From a virus (taxonomy: Duplodnaviria; Caudoviricetes): a stretch of DNA of 64,000 nt. Of the stretch, positions 54,644 through 63,057 are shown in pieces (the first letter of the stretch is position 1; the number at the start of each line of letters is the position of its first letter). The notes beneath the pieces are model-generated. The model was not told the DNA's origin and ran no database searches. It saw only the letters and a list, made by a program, of their open reading frames with translations. The translations under genes and the position numbers were made by a program. Location of the stretch: IMG/VR virus record IMGVR_UViG_3300006805_000023; one strand, 5' to 3'.

Positions 54644-55249
54644 ATGGAACCTCCCACTCCCGAATACCTCTTCCCCAACGTTGTCGAGGCCTCCCTCTGT
54701 TTCACTGAGTTGTTCACGGCCTTCAACCGCACCCAGGCGAACACCAAGCTCACCGACACGACGCTGACCCACGAGCCAACCGGCAGGGTCATAGCCAGGG
54801 TTGCTCAGCTCGGCGACGATGAGTTCTGCGTGGAGGCTCTGATCGGTGGGCACCGGTTCCGGCACGGCAACCTCCTGGGTTACGCCTATCAGACGCTCAA
54901 GCTGAGCGTCGTTGCCTTCAAGACACTGTTCGAGAAGGAGATGGCAACCCAGCTGTTCGAGGCTCTGCTGGAAGTCCAAGGGCGTCAGCTCAAGGCCGGG
55001 TACGAGATGGTCGAATACAGCGCAGACCCGTGGCGTCCCAATATGGTGGTGCTCGACTGCATCCAGCGCAAGACGCACAAGGGCAACGCCTCCATTTACC
55101 GGCTTGCCACCGTGCTGCACGAGGGGAAGTGGCATTGTGACGGCAGGGCCGTCGAGCTGGCAGACCACCTGGACCTGATCGCGACCGCTCAGCGCCAGTT
55201 CCTGGAGGTTGTCTCCCCGGCAAAACTTGACAAGTGCGAACCTGTGTGA
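54644..55249 (+). CDS. Hypothetical protein
   Basis: Start MEPPTPE. Confidence 0.65.
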   Translation: MEPPTPEYLFPNVVEASLCFTELFTAFNRTQANTKLTDTTLTHEPTGRVIARVAQLGDDEFCVEALIGGHRFRHGNLLGYAYQTLKLSVVAFKTLFEKEMATQLFEALLEVQGRQLKAGYEMVEYSADPWRPNMVVLDCIQRKTHKGNASIYRLATVLHEGKWHCDGRAVELADHLDLIATAQRQFLEVVSPAKLDKCEPV

Positions 55250-55255
55250 TAAGTT
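55227..55255 (+). promoter_or_regulatory. Sigma70-type promoter, leaderless geometry
   Basis: TTGACA-17-TAAGTT-6nt-ATG 55262. Confidence 0.8.
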
Positions 55256-55261
55256 ATTCAC

Positions 55262-55942
55262 ATGACCACCACCCCAGTCGAAGCATCGCGGGCCGAAGCC
55301 AAGGCCAAACTCGTCAGATTGTTTGAAGCCCTTGAGCGTGAAGGCGACTACAAGCTCGACCTGCAGTATTGCACGATCACTGACACCAAGGTCAGTGTGA
55401 CTGTGGCGAGTCTGATTTCGATCGACCGCAAGATCAAGCTAGGCTGGTACATCAACGCCCGCAACCGCCGCGATGGCATGACGACCAAAGAGGCCTCGAC
55501 CGACGAAATCGTGGTCGAGCTGCTCGACATGCGTTCCCGCAAGTTTGGAGCAGACGTTGCACGCCGCCTGCGCACCAGCCGCGAGGTGCTCGTCGGCCAG
55601 TTCCTGAAGGAACTCCAGGAAGACCATGACGGTAAGCGGATCGAGGACCGCATGGAGCGGGCAAAGCTCGGCATGCCAGCCCTCAGCATAGACCGCTCAC
55701 GCTACAACCATGACAGCGACAACTGCTACGACACCGTCAAGGCAGACGTCCGGGTGCTGGTCTCCGTCACCGGTCTGTCCGACGCCATCGAGGTCAGAGC
55801 GCCAGCGGTGTTCCGTTTCGAGAAGGGGACCAACGTCTTGGTGGACGTCGTCGGCGTCAACCAGCATGGTTCCATCACCAGCTACAAGCAGTACCTCAAC
55901 AACCTGGAGATCCTAACCAAGGAGTTTTCTAAGTCCCTCTAG
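55262..55942 (+). CDS. Hypothetical early protein
   Basis: ORF track. Confidence 0.75.
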   Translation: MTTTPVEASRAEAKAKLVRLFEALEREGDYKLDLQYCTITDTKVSVTVASLISIDRKIKLGWYINARNRRDGMTTKEASTDEIVVELLDMRSRKFGADVARRLRTSREVLVGQFLKELQEDHDGKRIEDRMERAKLGMPALSIDRSRYNHDSDNCYDTVKADVRVLVSVTGLSDAIEVRAPAVFRFEKGTNVLVDVVGVNQHGSITSYKQYLNNLEILTKEFSKSL

Positions 55943-55944
55943 TC

Positions 55945-56220
55945 ATGGCAAAACCCAAAAAGCTCACCGCCTCCCAGCAGGCTATCATGGACACGCTGCG
56001 CGGCAAGGAGGAGGCCTTCTTGCTGGGCTCCTTCAACAGCAAGCGCTGGAACCTGCACTACAAGGAGGGCAACTTCAAGCCGGTTCAGCGCGTCGTGGAC
56101 GTCACAGTGCGATTGCTGTTCGAGAACGGCTACATCACGCTCGGTGTGATCCCATCCTGGGTTGGCGACCAGAGCCTCACGATGTTCGTCCCAACCGTTG
56201 ACCCTCCCTCCAGCAAATGA
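55945..56220 (+). CDS. Hypothetical protein
   Basis: ORF track. Confidence 0.65.
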   Translation: MAKPKKLTASQQAIMDTLRGKEEAFLLGSFNSKRWNLHYKEGNFKPVQRVVDVTVRLLFENGYITLGVIPSWVGDQSLTMFVPTVDPPSSK

Positions 56221-56618
56221 GAAACAGATCACTCAAGTACCTGGTCCGGAAAGGGTCGGAGTATCTAGTCCACGACGTCGGCGTCATCCAGGAGACCGCC
56301 AAGGCTTATCTGGTGTGTCTGACCTGCAACCTCGACGATGAACCGGCTACGGTTGAAGTCTGGGTACCGAAGGTTCAGGCCAGCGTATCAGGCACCACCC
56401 TCACGATCTCGGCTTGGATGCTCAGCACCAAACTGGAGGAGATCGAGCCCATGGAGATCGCCACGCTGGTCCTGGAGAACCGGCTGATGGACGATCACCC
56501 GCCGGTGGACTCAGACGACCCCAGGTATGTGCCGCCGGTCCGCATTCCCGCCAGCGCTCGCCGGATGTCAGATTGGGAGGATTGGCATGAACTTGACGAG
56601 CTGCCGGATCTGCGTTAA
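56217..56618 (+). CDS. Hypothetical protein
   Basis: ETAKAYL...WVPK. Confidence 0.65.
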   Translation: MRNRSLKYLVRKGSEYLVHDVGVIQETAKAYLVCLTCNLDDEPATVEVWVPKVQASVSGTTLTISAWMLSTKLEEIEPMEIATLVLENRLMDDHPPVDSDDPRYVPPVRIPASARRMSDWEDWHELDELPDLR

Positions 56619-56626
56619 CTTTTCTT

Positions 56627-57358
56627 ATGAGCCACTCACCTAAGACTGAAGGACAACTCCGCGCCTGGCACTGGCGCACCGGCCAGCCTCACTCGACTGT
56701 CAGAACAGTCGATCCCCAATGGAACCTCGAACTGATGTTCAGGCGACTGATCAAGGACGTTAACTTCAGAGACGTCGTGAAGCTCAGCGACTGCGTTTCT
56801 GGAGTGTTTACGGGAGGCGAAAAGGCCGCCCCTCTGCAGTTCGACGCTTTAAGTGACGGGCTGTGGAAGGTCAGCATGAAGGCGACAACGGAACAAGGAG
56901 CCGAGATCTGGGTCTGCTTTTGCTACGAGCGCAACTTCCGTATGGCGGTCGAGAGAATCTGCGACAGACTTAACCCGATGGGTGGCTACGGGCACGGCTA
57001 CACAACGGCTTGTGTTGAAGCCTCCAAGGATGGCATGCTGATCGACCCGCTGGTGATCTGGAAATACGAGGACGCCGAGCGCGCCATGAAGGAGGCTGGC
57101 AACGCACTCGCCTGCGAGGTCACGGGCTACTTCGAGCAGGTCCCGGAGGCCATGACCAACCGAGGCTGGCTCAACGATCTCTCCAGCGACCTCCCTAAGA
57201 AGTGGGTTGGGCAACGCAAGATCTACGAGATGATGGAGCGGATCGAGGACCTGAATCCGACGGTGCGTCAGCCCGTGAAGCGCAAGGGCATGGCCGAGGA
57301 GGGGGAGGACTCGCAGACCGAGGGGTGGTTCAATGTCATTCGTCCTGGCAAGACTTGA
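56627..57358 (+). CDS. Hypothetical protein
   Basis: ORF track. Confidence 0.7.
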   Translation: MSHSPKTEGQLRAWHWRTGQPHSTVRTVDPQWNLELMFRRLIKDVNFRDVVKLSDCVSGVFTGGEKAAPLQFDALSDGLWKVSMKATTEQGAEIWVCFCYERNFRMAVERICDRLNPMGGYGHGYTTACVEASKDGMLIDPLVIWKYEDAERAMKEAGNALACEVTGYFEQVPEAMTNRGWLNDLSSDLPKKWVGQRKIYEMMERIEDLNPTVRQPVKRKGMAEEGEDSQTEGWFNVIRPGKT

Positions 57359-57383
57359 CAAACACTAGAGTCTGTGTTATCTT
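57355..57383 (+). promoter_or_regulatory. Sigma70-type promoter, leaderless geometry; probably also drives the tRNA
   Basis: TTGACA-17-TATCTT-6nt-ATG 57390. Confidence 0.8.
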
Positions 57384-57389
57384 TCCCAC

Positions 57390-57647
57390 ATGACCGCTCC
57401 CACCCTTCCCGATCACGATACAACCGGCCTCACCCTTGAAACCAACGAGCAGCGTGCTCGTCGGGCTGGTAAAGGTCACAAACTCAATTGCCTGATCACC
57501 GCGACTAGTCCAAGTCCGACCTTCCGGAAGTTCTCTTACAACTTCCGGTTCGACCCAACGGGAAAATCCAAGGAAGGTGATGGCATGAAGGAAGACGGCT
57601 ACTTCATCCGCGTTGTCAAGGTGATCCCAAAGGAGGAACTCGTTTAA
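57390..57647 (+). CDS. Hypothetical protein
   Basis: ORF track. Confidence 0.65.
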   Translation: MTAPTLPDHDTTGLTLETNEQRARRAGKGHKLNCLITATSPSPTFRKFSYNFRFDPTGKSKEGDGMKEDGYFIRVVKVIPKEELV

Positions 57648-57655
57648 CCATTTTC

Positions 57656-57730
57656 GCCTGAGTAGCTCAGTGGCAGAGCTGGAGTCCCTAAAACTCTTGG
57701 TCGCCGGTTCGAATCCGGCCTCAGGCACCA
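57656..57730 (+). tRNA. tRNA with CUA anticodon (amber suppressor type), C at position 33, encoded CCA
   Basis: Acceptor GCCTGAG/CTCAGGC, D arm GCTC/GAGC, anticodon stem GGAGT/ACTCT with loop CCCTAAA (CTA at 57688-57690), T arm GCCGG-TTCGAAT-CCGGC, A73, CCA. Confidence 0.9.
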
Positions 57731-57731
57731 C

Positions 57732-57738
57732 TAGTTAT
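57732..57738 (+). promoter_or_regulatory. Putative late promoter box TAGTTAT
   Basis: 6 nt upstream of ATG 57745, directly after the tRNA CCA. Confidence 0.6.
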
Positions 57739-57744
57739 CGCACA

Positions 57745-58278
57745 ATGAACAAAGTCGAAGCACTCGTCGAACGCCTCCTAGCCTCAGGCGACCCACGCGC
57801 CAACCTGGAAACCCTCGCCGCACAGGTGCAGACCTACCCGGAGGTCAAGCGGGCCGTGGTCGGCAAGAGAGGCGTCGAGTTCATGATCGGCGCTGGTGCG
57901 AACTGCAGCGAATTCGAGATGATCCCGAAGGGAGACAGGGTTGACCTCTATTCGACTCCGGCAGTTGGCGGTAAGAACTGGCTAGGCCTCTTCGACTTCA
58001 TCGCTGCCATGTCGGCTGCCCTCAAACATCACCAGCAGGCACAGCCCAGGGTCAGCGAAGCAAAGACCGACAACCGTGCCACCCACTACGAGGTGTGCTG
58101 GCAGAACCGCCATTACCAGGACAAGAGACAGCTCTTCAAGGGGCCTGAATCTGAGAAGAATCGTGCTTCAGCCGAACGGTTCAAAAAGAAACTCGAAGAC
58201 AACGACGCCAAGGACAAATATGGCGACATCCGTGGTCGAGTCACCATCAGGGCTATCGTCCCGGAGCCACTCGCGTAG
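57745..58278 (+). CDS. Probable virion-associated protein
   Basis: Start MNKVEALVERLLAS; late box upstream. Confidence 0.7.
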   Translation: MNKVEALVERLLASGDPRANLETLAAQVQTYPEVKRAVVGKRGVEFMIGAGANCSEFEMIPKGDRVDLYSTPAVGGKNWLGLFDFIAAMSAALKHHQQAQPRVSEAKTDNRATHYEVCWQNRHYQDKRQLFKGPESEKNRASAERFKKKLEDNDAKDKYGDIRGRVTIRAIVPEPLA

Positions 58279-58330
58279 CCTCTGTTGAGAGCGTCGCGCC
58301 CCTCACAAACGTCCCCCACTCGAACTCCTC

Positions 58331-58561
58331 ATGACTCCAGCTGACAGGCTCGTCGAAACCCTCCTGACTGAAAACCCGGCCCTCTGGTACCATAGGCACC
58401 ACGTCGGGACGGAGAACCCGCACGAAGAGGGGTATGGTGAGGACGACTGTGACTGTGACGTCTATGAGTTCCCCAGCGACGACCTCCAGAAAAAGTTCCT
58501 CGACGAAGTCGGTGGGAAGCCCCATCCGCTTGGTGGGAAGCGCGCCATCATGACGAAATGA
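58331..58561 (+). CDS. Small protein with ADRLVETLLTE N-terminus
   Basis: ORF track. Confidence 0.7.
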   Translation: MTPADRLVETLLTENPALWYHRHHVGTENPHEEGYGEDDCDCDVYEFPSDDLQKKFLDEVGGKPHPLGGKRAIMTK

Positions 58562-58959
58562 AACATAGCTTACCAACGGCTGATCAGCTGGTTGAGACAC
58601 TCTTGGCTGAGCCCAGTCTGCTAACGCCTCTCCTCTCCACTTTCGCCGACAAGGTTCTGCTGGTTGGTTCTCGTGGTTCAGGGCGTCAGCGCCCAGACAG
58701 CGATGTTGACCTCCACATCAAGGACATGATGGAGACCGATGAGACCTACGACGCCATCACGGCTTTTCTCGAAAAACAGGGTGTTCAGTTTGGTGGTGAC
58801 AAGTATGGTGCTGGCAGTATTATCGTCCCCGAACAGGACGGTTACCCGGTCTCAGTCGAGTTCGGTTTCTGGGACGGCATCCCAGAAGACCCACAGTGCG
58901 CCCTGGTTGATGTTTTCGGGGTCAAGCTCCAGGCACCGCAGGCAGACCCAGTCCGTTAA
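58558..58959 (+). CDS. Minimal nucleotidyltransferase (Pol-beta superfamily) with ADQLVETLLAE N-terminus
   Basis: LLVGSRGSG..RPDSDVDL (GS...DxD). Confidence 0.8.
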   Translation: MKHSLPTADQLVETLLAEPSLLTPLLSTFADKVLLVGSRGSGRQRPDSDVDLHIKDMMETDETYDAITAFLEKQGVQFGGDKYGAGSIIVPEQDGYPVSVEFGFWDGIPEDPQCALVDVFGVKLQAPQADPVR

Positions 58960-59006
58960 CCCCCATTCTTGACCAGATGTCAAGTCTGGTTTTCTTTTCC
59001 ACCGTC

Positions 59007-59432
59007 ATGAAAAACACAACACCCGCACCGCACACGTAGGTCCTGCCCCCGCAAGGGGACTCCACCCTCCGTCTCTACGCAGTGGTCGTCACCGACCACG
59101 CGATGACTCCCGGAAAGTCGGCCTCTCAAGCAGGCCATGCTTACCTGGGAGCCTTCATTCAAGCCACCGGACACGACGCCGGTTTCAGGCAGCAAGCACA
59201 GGAATACGCCTCCGAGCAACCCGGCACCAAAGTGTGTCTGCAGGCATCGCTCGACGAGGTCCTGCGCCTCAAGGACCGGGCCGACCAGCTCGGCCTCCCC
59301 AATTTCCTGGTAGTCGATAGCGGCCACCAGGCCTTCAACAATGGACTCGAAACCACCACGGCTTGGGGTTTCGGACCATGCACCAGAGAACAGGCCAAGC
59401 CGATCGTCAAGAAACTCAAACTGCATCCCTAA
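59007..59432 (+). CDS. pth2: Peptidyl-tRNA hydrolase 2 family protein; in-frame TAG at 59037-59039 if the ATG at 59007 is used
   Basis: LRLYAVVVTDHAMTPGKSASQAGHA...TKVCL....E...L...A..LGLP.FLVVDSG......TT.A.G.GP......I...LKL. Confidence 0.85.
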
Positions 59433-59440
59433 CACACCCT

Positions 59441-59887
59441 ATGAAACTCGACACCACCACCCGCGCCTCCTACCTCGTCTTCGTCACTGAGTGGAAGGCC
59501 AACTACAAAGCCCTCAGCGCAGCCATCCGCAGGCTGAAGCCAGCCACTGCCGCCTACACCCACTGGAACATTGAGCTCAACGATGAGGTCAACCGACGCC
59601 ATCAGGACAAGGCAGCCATCCAGAACGCCAAGGACGAGCGCCAGAAGGCCTTGGTTGAGTGCAGCGCGGCCAACACCGAGATCGAGCGCATCCGCAAGCT
59701 CATCCCCGACCTTGGCAACCTGGCCGACCATTGCCGAGCCGACACGCTCGTGCGGATCGGCAACTACAGCCAGCCTAAGGAGATCGCCAACTACCTGCTG
59801 GCGCTCCGTAAGGAGGGCAAACGCCAGGCCCAGCTCGCCTGGAAGCGCGAGCACTCCACCCCGAAACCCGAACTGGTCGCCGCGTAA
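59441..59887 (+). CDS. Hypothetical helical protein
   Basis: Start MKLDTTT; W...YK.LS..IR..K. Confidence 0.7.
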   Translation: MKLDTTTRASYLVFVTEWKANYKALSAAIRRLKPATAAYTHWNIELNDEVNRRHQDKAAIQNAKDERQKALVECSAANTEIERIRKLIPDLGNLADHCRADTLVRIGNYSQPKEIANYLLALRKEGKRQAQLAWKREHSTPKPELVAA

Positions 59888-59899
59888 CCAGTGCAACCC

Positions 59900-59923
59900 A
59901 GGGGCGGTGTCCCAGCACCGCCC
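59900..59923 (+). terminator. GC hairpin followed by a pyrimidine tract; possible terminator or processing stem
   Basis: GGGGCGGTG...CACCGCCCC; coordinates approximate. Confidence 0.45.
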
Positions 59924-59947
59924 CGCTTCCCCCTTCCTCCCCTGCTT

Positions 59948-60268
59948 ATGTTCCTCCTTCCCGACCAAATCAAGACCTTTCTGGACGCCCACGAACGCAT
60001 CCTGGACACCGCCCGCGAGTGGATCAACAAGATGCTTGGCCCGAGCCACCGCCGCATCAGCGAGGTCCGCTGGAATGGCGCTGTCTTCGAGTATGAGTTC
60101 AACAGCGCGTGCCACTGTCACCCGGAGTACACGTGGAGCCAGCTGACGACCGAACAAAATCAGAAGCTCCTGGACGAACTGACCCAGTATCAGCTGATCG
60201 ACGACCCCTACGACGAGAACGACGACGGCCTCGACAAGGTGCTGGTGATGTCCAGCAAACCGAGGTAA
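59948..60268 (+). CDS. Hypothetical protein
   Basis: Start MFLLPDQ. Confidence 0.65.
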   Translation: MFLLPDQIKTFLDAHERILDTAREWINKMLGPSHRRISEVRWNGAVFEYEFNSACHCHPEYTWSQLTTEQNQKLLDELTQYQLIDDPYDENDDGLDKVLVMSSKPR

Positions 60269-60269
60269 C

Positions 60270-60298
60270 TTGACAAATGCGAGAGGCTGTGTTAGGTT
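60270..60298 (+). promoter_or_regulatory. Sigma70-type promoter, leaderless geometry
   Basis: TTGACA-17-TAGGTT-6nt-ATG 60305. Confidence 0.8.
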
Positions 60299-60304
60299 CT
60301 CCAC

Positions 60305-60778
60305 ATGCCCCTCATCTCCTCCCATAAGAAACTCGACCAGTTCCTCATCGACAACCCACGGATCGCTGGAGCCATCAAGATCCTCAAGAAAGACTCCATC
60401 GGCTTCCAGGCCCAGATCGGTGACTTCGAGGACCGCTTCGACTTCTCATTCTCCGAGCACGCCCTCGAAGCTCTGGTGGCCTACCACAACCCACCGAGCT
60501 TCGAGTCGCTCAAGGAGCGCGCTGGTTCGGCCAAGTCCCTGGAAGAGCTGCCTGACGCCGTGATGCTCGATCTGGCCCTCAACATGCTGCACAACAGCAA
60601 GATGCACCTCGCTTGGTTCGCCAAACAGGGTCGCGATAGCGTGGAGTCCCTGGAACAGGATTGCGGCTGGATGTGGGACCGGGCCAAGGCTTATTTCGTG
60701 GTCCTCAAGCTCTGGAAGAACCTCATCCCAGCCGAGCAGCGGAACTTGTTCAACAACCTCATGGCACCCCACAAATGA
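60305..60778 (+). CDS. Hypothetical protein
   Basis: ORF track. Confidence 0.75.
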   Translation: MPLISSHKKLDQFLIDNPRIAGAIKILKKDSIGFQAQIGDFEDRFDFSFSEHALEALVAYHNPPSFESLKERAGSAKSLEELPDAVMLDLALNMLHNSKMHLAWFAKQGRDSVESLEQDCGWMWDRAKAYFVVLKLWKNLIPAEQRNLFNNLMAPHK

Positions 60779-61005
60779 ACGACCCGGCCCCCAGCTACGA
60801 CTTCATCATCTCACGCTTCCTGGCACACCGGCTCGCCCGGTTTGTCAGGCAGGTCGATCAAGAGACCAGCTACTACTCAACCCCGTCCGTCCATGGTCGC
60901 CCCGGCTACCTCCGGCGTGACGGGGTCCGCACCAAGCTCGTGAACCGTGCTTATCGGCGCTACTCAGCTACCGTCCCGACCCTCAGGACGATCGTCGTGG
61001 GCTAG
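60775..61005 (+). CDS. Hypothetical basic protein
   Basis: Start MNDPAPS; ATGA overlap. Confidence 0.55.
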   Translation: MNDPAPSYDFIISRFLAHRLARFVRQVDQETSYYSTPSVHGRPGYLRRDGVRTKLVNRAYRRYSATVPTLRTIVVG

Positions 61006-61484
61006 ATGGCCTTCATGCCGTGCCGGTGAGCGCGGCCAAGGTTCTTCTTGAGCTTGTTGACCACCGCAAGGTCCAGGTCAAGACCCAGGCCGTAGGCTAT
61101 CGAGAGCGCCCGGATGAGCACATCGGCTAGCTCCTCTTCGAAGTTGGCCTTGTCCAACTTACGCACCGCCTCGGTGGCTTCGCTGGCCTCCGAGTGGATC
61201 AGGGCGACATGGGCCAGCAGCTTGTGAGTAGCAGCATGATCGTTGATGTCCTTCGGGAAGTCGTCCGGCGTGAAGGCCTCCCAGCCATTGGCGACGTTGA
61301 TCCGCTGGGCGACTCCACCGATCCCAGTCAGAATTCCCTCGGCAAAGGCCTCGATCTCTTCGTCGGTCGGAGGTGTCGAAGCAAGCTTGGTCAGTGGTGG
61401 CAGGCCGGTCGGGGTGTCAGTGATCGGAGGAGCGTCGCCGGTAGAAACAGGGACGCCAAAAGGGTACTCAGCAGTGCGGGTCAT
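61002..61484 (-). CDS. MazG-like nucleotide pyrophosphohydrolase
   Basis: ALIHSEASEATEA.RK....EELADVLIR.L......D...AV..K...N..R..RHG.K. Confidence 0.85.
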   Translation of the reverse strand: MTRTAEYPFGVPVSTGDAPPITDTPTGLPPLTKLASTPPTDEEIEAFAEGILTGIGGVAQRINVANGWEAFTPDDFPKDINDHAATHKLLAHVALIHSEASEATEAVRKLDKANFEEELADVLIRALSIAYGLGLDLDLAVVNKLKKNLGRAHRHGMKAI

Positions 61485-61547
61485 AGACAGTCAAGAAAGC
61501 CTAAGCCTGGGATTGCGCAATGGACAGGTTGAGTTTACGTATTCCAG

Positions 61548-61904
61548 ATGACCGCAATCTCCTCCATCACCTCCACCCTGCGCGATGCCATGCGGCTTAG
61601 CGAGCGCCACTCCCAGGCTTCCCAGCAGGATGTCACGATCGAACGCGAGTTCCCGCTCGACGGTCAGGAGGTCACTGTGAAGGCCACGGCGGTTGTCAGC
61701 TCCGAAGATGACTCCGACCACAACCGCGAGACCGGCTACGGTGCTCACACGCGGATCGAGGTTTCGGAAGTCACCATCTACGAGGTGATCGACCAGGACG
61801 GCGTCACGGTTTACAACGGCCACGACATCGACCTGCTGAGCGACGATCAGTACCTGGACCTGGAAGCACAGGTCGCCGAGTATGCGCGACACCAGGACGA
61901 GTAG
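61548..61904 (+). CDS. Acidic hypothetical protein
   Basis: ORF track. Confidence 0.7.
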   Translation: MTAISSITSTLRDAMRLSERHSQASQQDVTIEREFPLDGQEVTVKATAVVSSEDDSDHNRETGYGAHTRIEVSEVTIYEVIDQDGVTVYNGHDIDLLSDDQYLDLEAQVAEYARHQDE

Positions 61905-61909
61905 GTAAC

Positions 61910-61938
61910 TTGACAAGCGTCAGGTGGTGTGTTAAGTT
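61910..61938 (+). promoter_or_regulatory. Sigma70-type promoter, leaderless geometry
   Basis: TTGACA-17-TAAGTT-5nt-ATG 61944. Confidence 0.8.
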
Positions 61939-61943
61939 CCGGC

Positions 61944-62621
61944 ATGACCAAGCTCGGACGCCCACTCCTCCCATCTGTGAAACGCAGGTCGGAGTTCTTG
62001 AACACGCGGCTGTCCACGGTCGAGCTTGAGCTGATAGAAGCGGCTGCCGTGCTCGAAGGCAAGAACCCGGCCACGTGGTCGCGTGAAGTCTTGATCGACC
62101 GGGCCAGAAGCTCAGTCCAGGCACGCCGTGCCGAGTCACCCTTACCCAAACCAGAACAGTCCATGCACCTCATCCCCACACTCCCACGCAAGTCCGGCCT
62201 CGACCAGATCCAAGAAGCCCACGAGAAGCTCCTCCAGACTCAGATCGAGTGGAGCGACCGCCCCGTCAGCGACGGCCAGATTCATCAGGCCGCCATTTCG
62301 GTGCTGACGCGCAACGCCCAGCTGTGGCCCTGGCCGGTGGATAACTGCCGCCTCTACTTCGACGCCGACGGCAACGGCACGATCAAGCAGGCCGCTGTGC
62401 TGTTCCTGGCTGAAGCGATCCGGCTGGAGCGTCACTGCGACAGCAAGAAGGTCACGGACGGCCAGCGTTACACCCAGAAGAAGGAGCTTAACAAGATCTG
62501 GGCTGCAGCCCAGGAGCTGCGCTCCACGGTGGACAGCTTGGCTGCCATGCTCGAAGCCACCCAGACCGGCAGCTACACCCCCGACAAGTCATTCTTCCTC
62601 CCCCACGTCGATGTCTATTAA
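61944..62621 (+). CDS. Protein with an N-terminal ribbon-helix-helix-like segment
   Basis: GRP....KR...L.TRLS..E.E.IE.AA...GK..A.W.REVL. Confidence 0.65.
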   Translation: MTKLGRPLLPSVKRRSEFLNTRLSTVELELIEAAAVLEGKNPATWSREVLIDRARSSVQARRAESPLPKPEQSMHLIPTLPRKSGLDQIQEAHEKLLQTQIEWSDRPVSDGQIHQAAISVLTRNAQLWPWPVDNCRLYFDADGNGTIKQAAVLFLAEAIRLERHCDSKKVTDGQRYTQKKELNKIWAAAQELRSTVDSLAAMLEATQTGSYTPDKSFFLPHVDVY

Positions 62622-63057
62622 GCCCATCCTGTTCGCGGCTGCCATGTTGAGAGGCGGCACCTCCATCAATACGGTCCACGCCAGTGCGCTCGGCAAGCTC
62701 CTGGAAGTGATGATTGGAGCTTGCACGACCCGCACGATTGACTCCCCACGCGGTAAGTGCCTGTGGTTGTGGCTCAGCGAGCGCGGCGAGGTCCAGCTGG
62801 CCTTCATCGAAGACGTCCCAGGCCTGAAGCTCATCACGAGCCTGCGCTACGGAGTCTCGACCGCCCCGCATGGCAACGTCAACAACCGCGACGTCCACCC
62901 GCTCCACCACTTTCGCGGCATGGAGGTCACGATGGACGAGGCTGTCTATCTGGTCCAGGAGCAGATGGTTGCCCCGTTCCACCCCAGTATCCACGAGCTG
63001 CTGGTCCTGAACTTCAAGATCACCACCCGCAAGCTCAAGAAACTCACTCCCCAATGA
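62611..63057 (+). CDS. Hypothetical protein
   Basis: ORF track. Confidence 0.6.
   Translation: MSIKPILFAAAMLRGGTSINTVHASALGKLLEVMIGACTTRTIDSPRGKCLWLWLSERGEVQLAFIEDVPGLKLITSLRYGVSTAPHGNVNNRDVHPLHHFRGMEVTMDEAVYLVQEQMVAPFHPSIHELLVLNFKITTRKLKKLTPQ

Noticed and set aside
57656-57730. Reading the tRNA as Arg(CCT) or Leu(TAA)
   Set aside because: Those registers break the 5-bp anticodon stem; the GGAGT/ACTCT pairing centres CTA in a 7-nt loop, and there is no long variable arm.
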